This document shows positions 63,068 to 64,000 of a stretch of DNA of 64,000 nucleotides, piece by piece. Under the pieces are notes generated by a model. That model had not been told where the DNA came from. It saw only the letters and a list, made by a program, of their open reading frames with translations, and ran no database searches. The number at the start of each line of letters is the position of its first letter. The first letter of the stretch is position 1. The stretch covers positions 290,681 to 354,680 of the IMG/VR virus record IMGVR_UViG_3300032236_000747; one strand, 5' to 3'. The translations under genes were made by a program, and so were the position numbers.

Positions 63068-63113
63068 ACTGTGTATAAATATATTTGTAAGATACTTTTA
63101 AGGTCTTACAAAT
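63051..63113 (+). promoter_or_regulatory. Composite sigma70/late promoter and leader hairpin for dnaK
   Basis: TTGACA-N17-TATAAA with full TATAAATA; ATTTGTAAGA/TCTTACAAAT inverted repeat. Confidence 0.7.
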
Positions 63114-63135
63114 CTTACTTTTTAAGGAGAATATT

Positions 63136-64000
63136 ATGAGTAAAGTAATCGGTATCGACTTGGGTACCACAAACAGTTGCGTAGCTATTATTGAAAATGG
63201 AACCACAAAGGTTATTGAAAATAGTGAAGGCGCAAGAACAACACCCTCAATCATAGCTTACACTGACAGTGAAATACTAGTTGGCGCAACAGCTAAAAGA
63301 CAAGCAGTAACAAACCCCAAAAACACAATCTACGCAGCCAAGCGTTTAATCGGACGCAAGTTTAAAGAACAGGCTGTACAGAAAGACATCGACTTAATGC
63401 CCTATGAAATCGTCGAAGCAAGCAACGGCGACGCATGGGTAAAAGCACAAGGCAAAGAACTAGCACCTCCACAAATCAGTGCTGAAGTTCTACGCAAAAT
63501 GAAACAAACTGCTGAGGATTATCTAGGTGAGACAGTTACACAAGCGGTTATCACAGTACCTGCGTACTTTAATGATAGCCAAAGACAAGCGACTAAGGAT
63601 GCTGGAAAAATCGCCGGCTTGGAAGTACTCCGTATTATTAACGAGCCTACTGCGGCAGCTCTTGCTTATGGCGTTGATAAAGCTACTAAAGGTGACAGGA
63701 AAGTTGCTGTTTACGATCTTGGTGGCGGTACATTCGATGTTTCGATCATTGAAATCGCGGATTTGGACGGCGAAAAACAAATCGAAGTATTAAGCACTAA
63801 CGGAGATACATTCCTCGGTGGTGAAGATTTTGACCAACGCATCATGGACTACCTAGTTGACGAGTTTAAGCGTGATACTGGTGTTAATCTCAAGAATGAT
63901 ATGCTGGCCTTACAGCGTTTGAAAGAAGCTGCTGAAAAAGCCAAGATTGAACTTTCTAGCTCACAACAAACTGATGTCAACTTGCCATACATCACAGCAG
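63136..64000 (+). CDS. dnaK: DnaK/Hsp70 chaperone (runs off the window end; not in ORF track)
   Basis: [50 protein letters not shown]. Confidence 0.99.
   Translation, partial: MSKVIGIDLGTTNSCVAIIENGTTKVIENSEGARTTPSIIAYTDSEILVGATAKRQAVTNPKNTIYAAKRLIGRKFKEQAVQKDIDLMPYEIVEASNGDAWVKAQGKELAPPQISAEVLRKMKQTAEDYLGETVTQAVITVPAYFNDSQRQATKDAGKIAGLEVLRIINEPTAAALAYGVDKATKGDRKVAVYDLGGGTFDVSIIEIADLDGEKQIEVLSTNGDTFLGGEDFDQRIMDYLVDEFKRDTGVNLKNDMLALQRLKEAAEKAKIELSSSQQTDVNLPYITA

Noticed and set aside
63083-63113. CIRCE element before dnaK
   Set aside because: The sequence does not match TTAGCACTC-N9-GAGTGCTAA
1-64000. Genome-wide TAG reassignment (code 15)
   Set aside because: Long conserved genes (nrdA, dnaK, rIIA, fibre) are intact under code 11 with no internal TAG; only isolated readthrough candidates exist
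1-64000. CRISPR array
   Set aside because: No regularly spaced identical repeats with unique spacers; the repeats seen are coding (collagen) or gene-junction pairs

Overview
This 64 kb window comes from a large T4-like (jumbo-type) tailed phage genome. The host is probably a freshwater betaproteobacterium; that is an inference from host-like genes, not something shown directly. Bases 1-31 kb are mostly late and virion genes: lectin and fibre proteins, a Hint-domain protein, a 2308-aa collagen-like fibre with an S74 chaperone, and many putative internal head proteins with T4 gp21-like [ILV]-x-E sites. These are driven by TAAATA late promoters, many of which appear to make leaderless mRNA. Bases 31-64 kb hold nrdAB-glutaredoxin, rIIA/rIIB, an NAD salvage cluster (NadM-Nudix, macrodomain, NAMPT), proteostasis and translation genes (GroES, ClpX, S21, DnaK), rubrerythrin/rubredoxin, a DNA methyltransferase, and arrays of small ORFs joined by repeated stop-RBS-start sequences. 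Four non-obvious signals stand out. (1) A CUA-anticodon (amber suppressor-like) tRNA occurs with a strongly SD-led gene carrying an in-frame TAG at codon 5 and a TAG-separated in-frame gene pair, in a window where TAG is otherwise almost unused as a stop. (2) A circularly permuted two-piece tmRNA has an intervening segment that encodes an 80-aa protein and is closed by a long helix. (3) There are several unexplained structured RNAs. (4) The leaders of both NAD salvage operons share a GAUAGAC-loop hairpin. No CRISPR array, rRNA or transposase was seen. All calls are manual motif recognition; no database searches were run.
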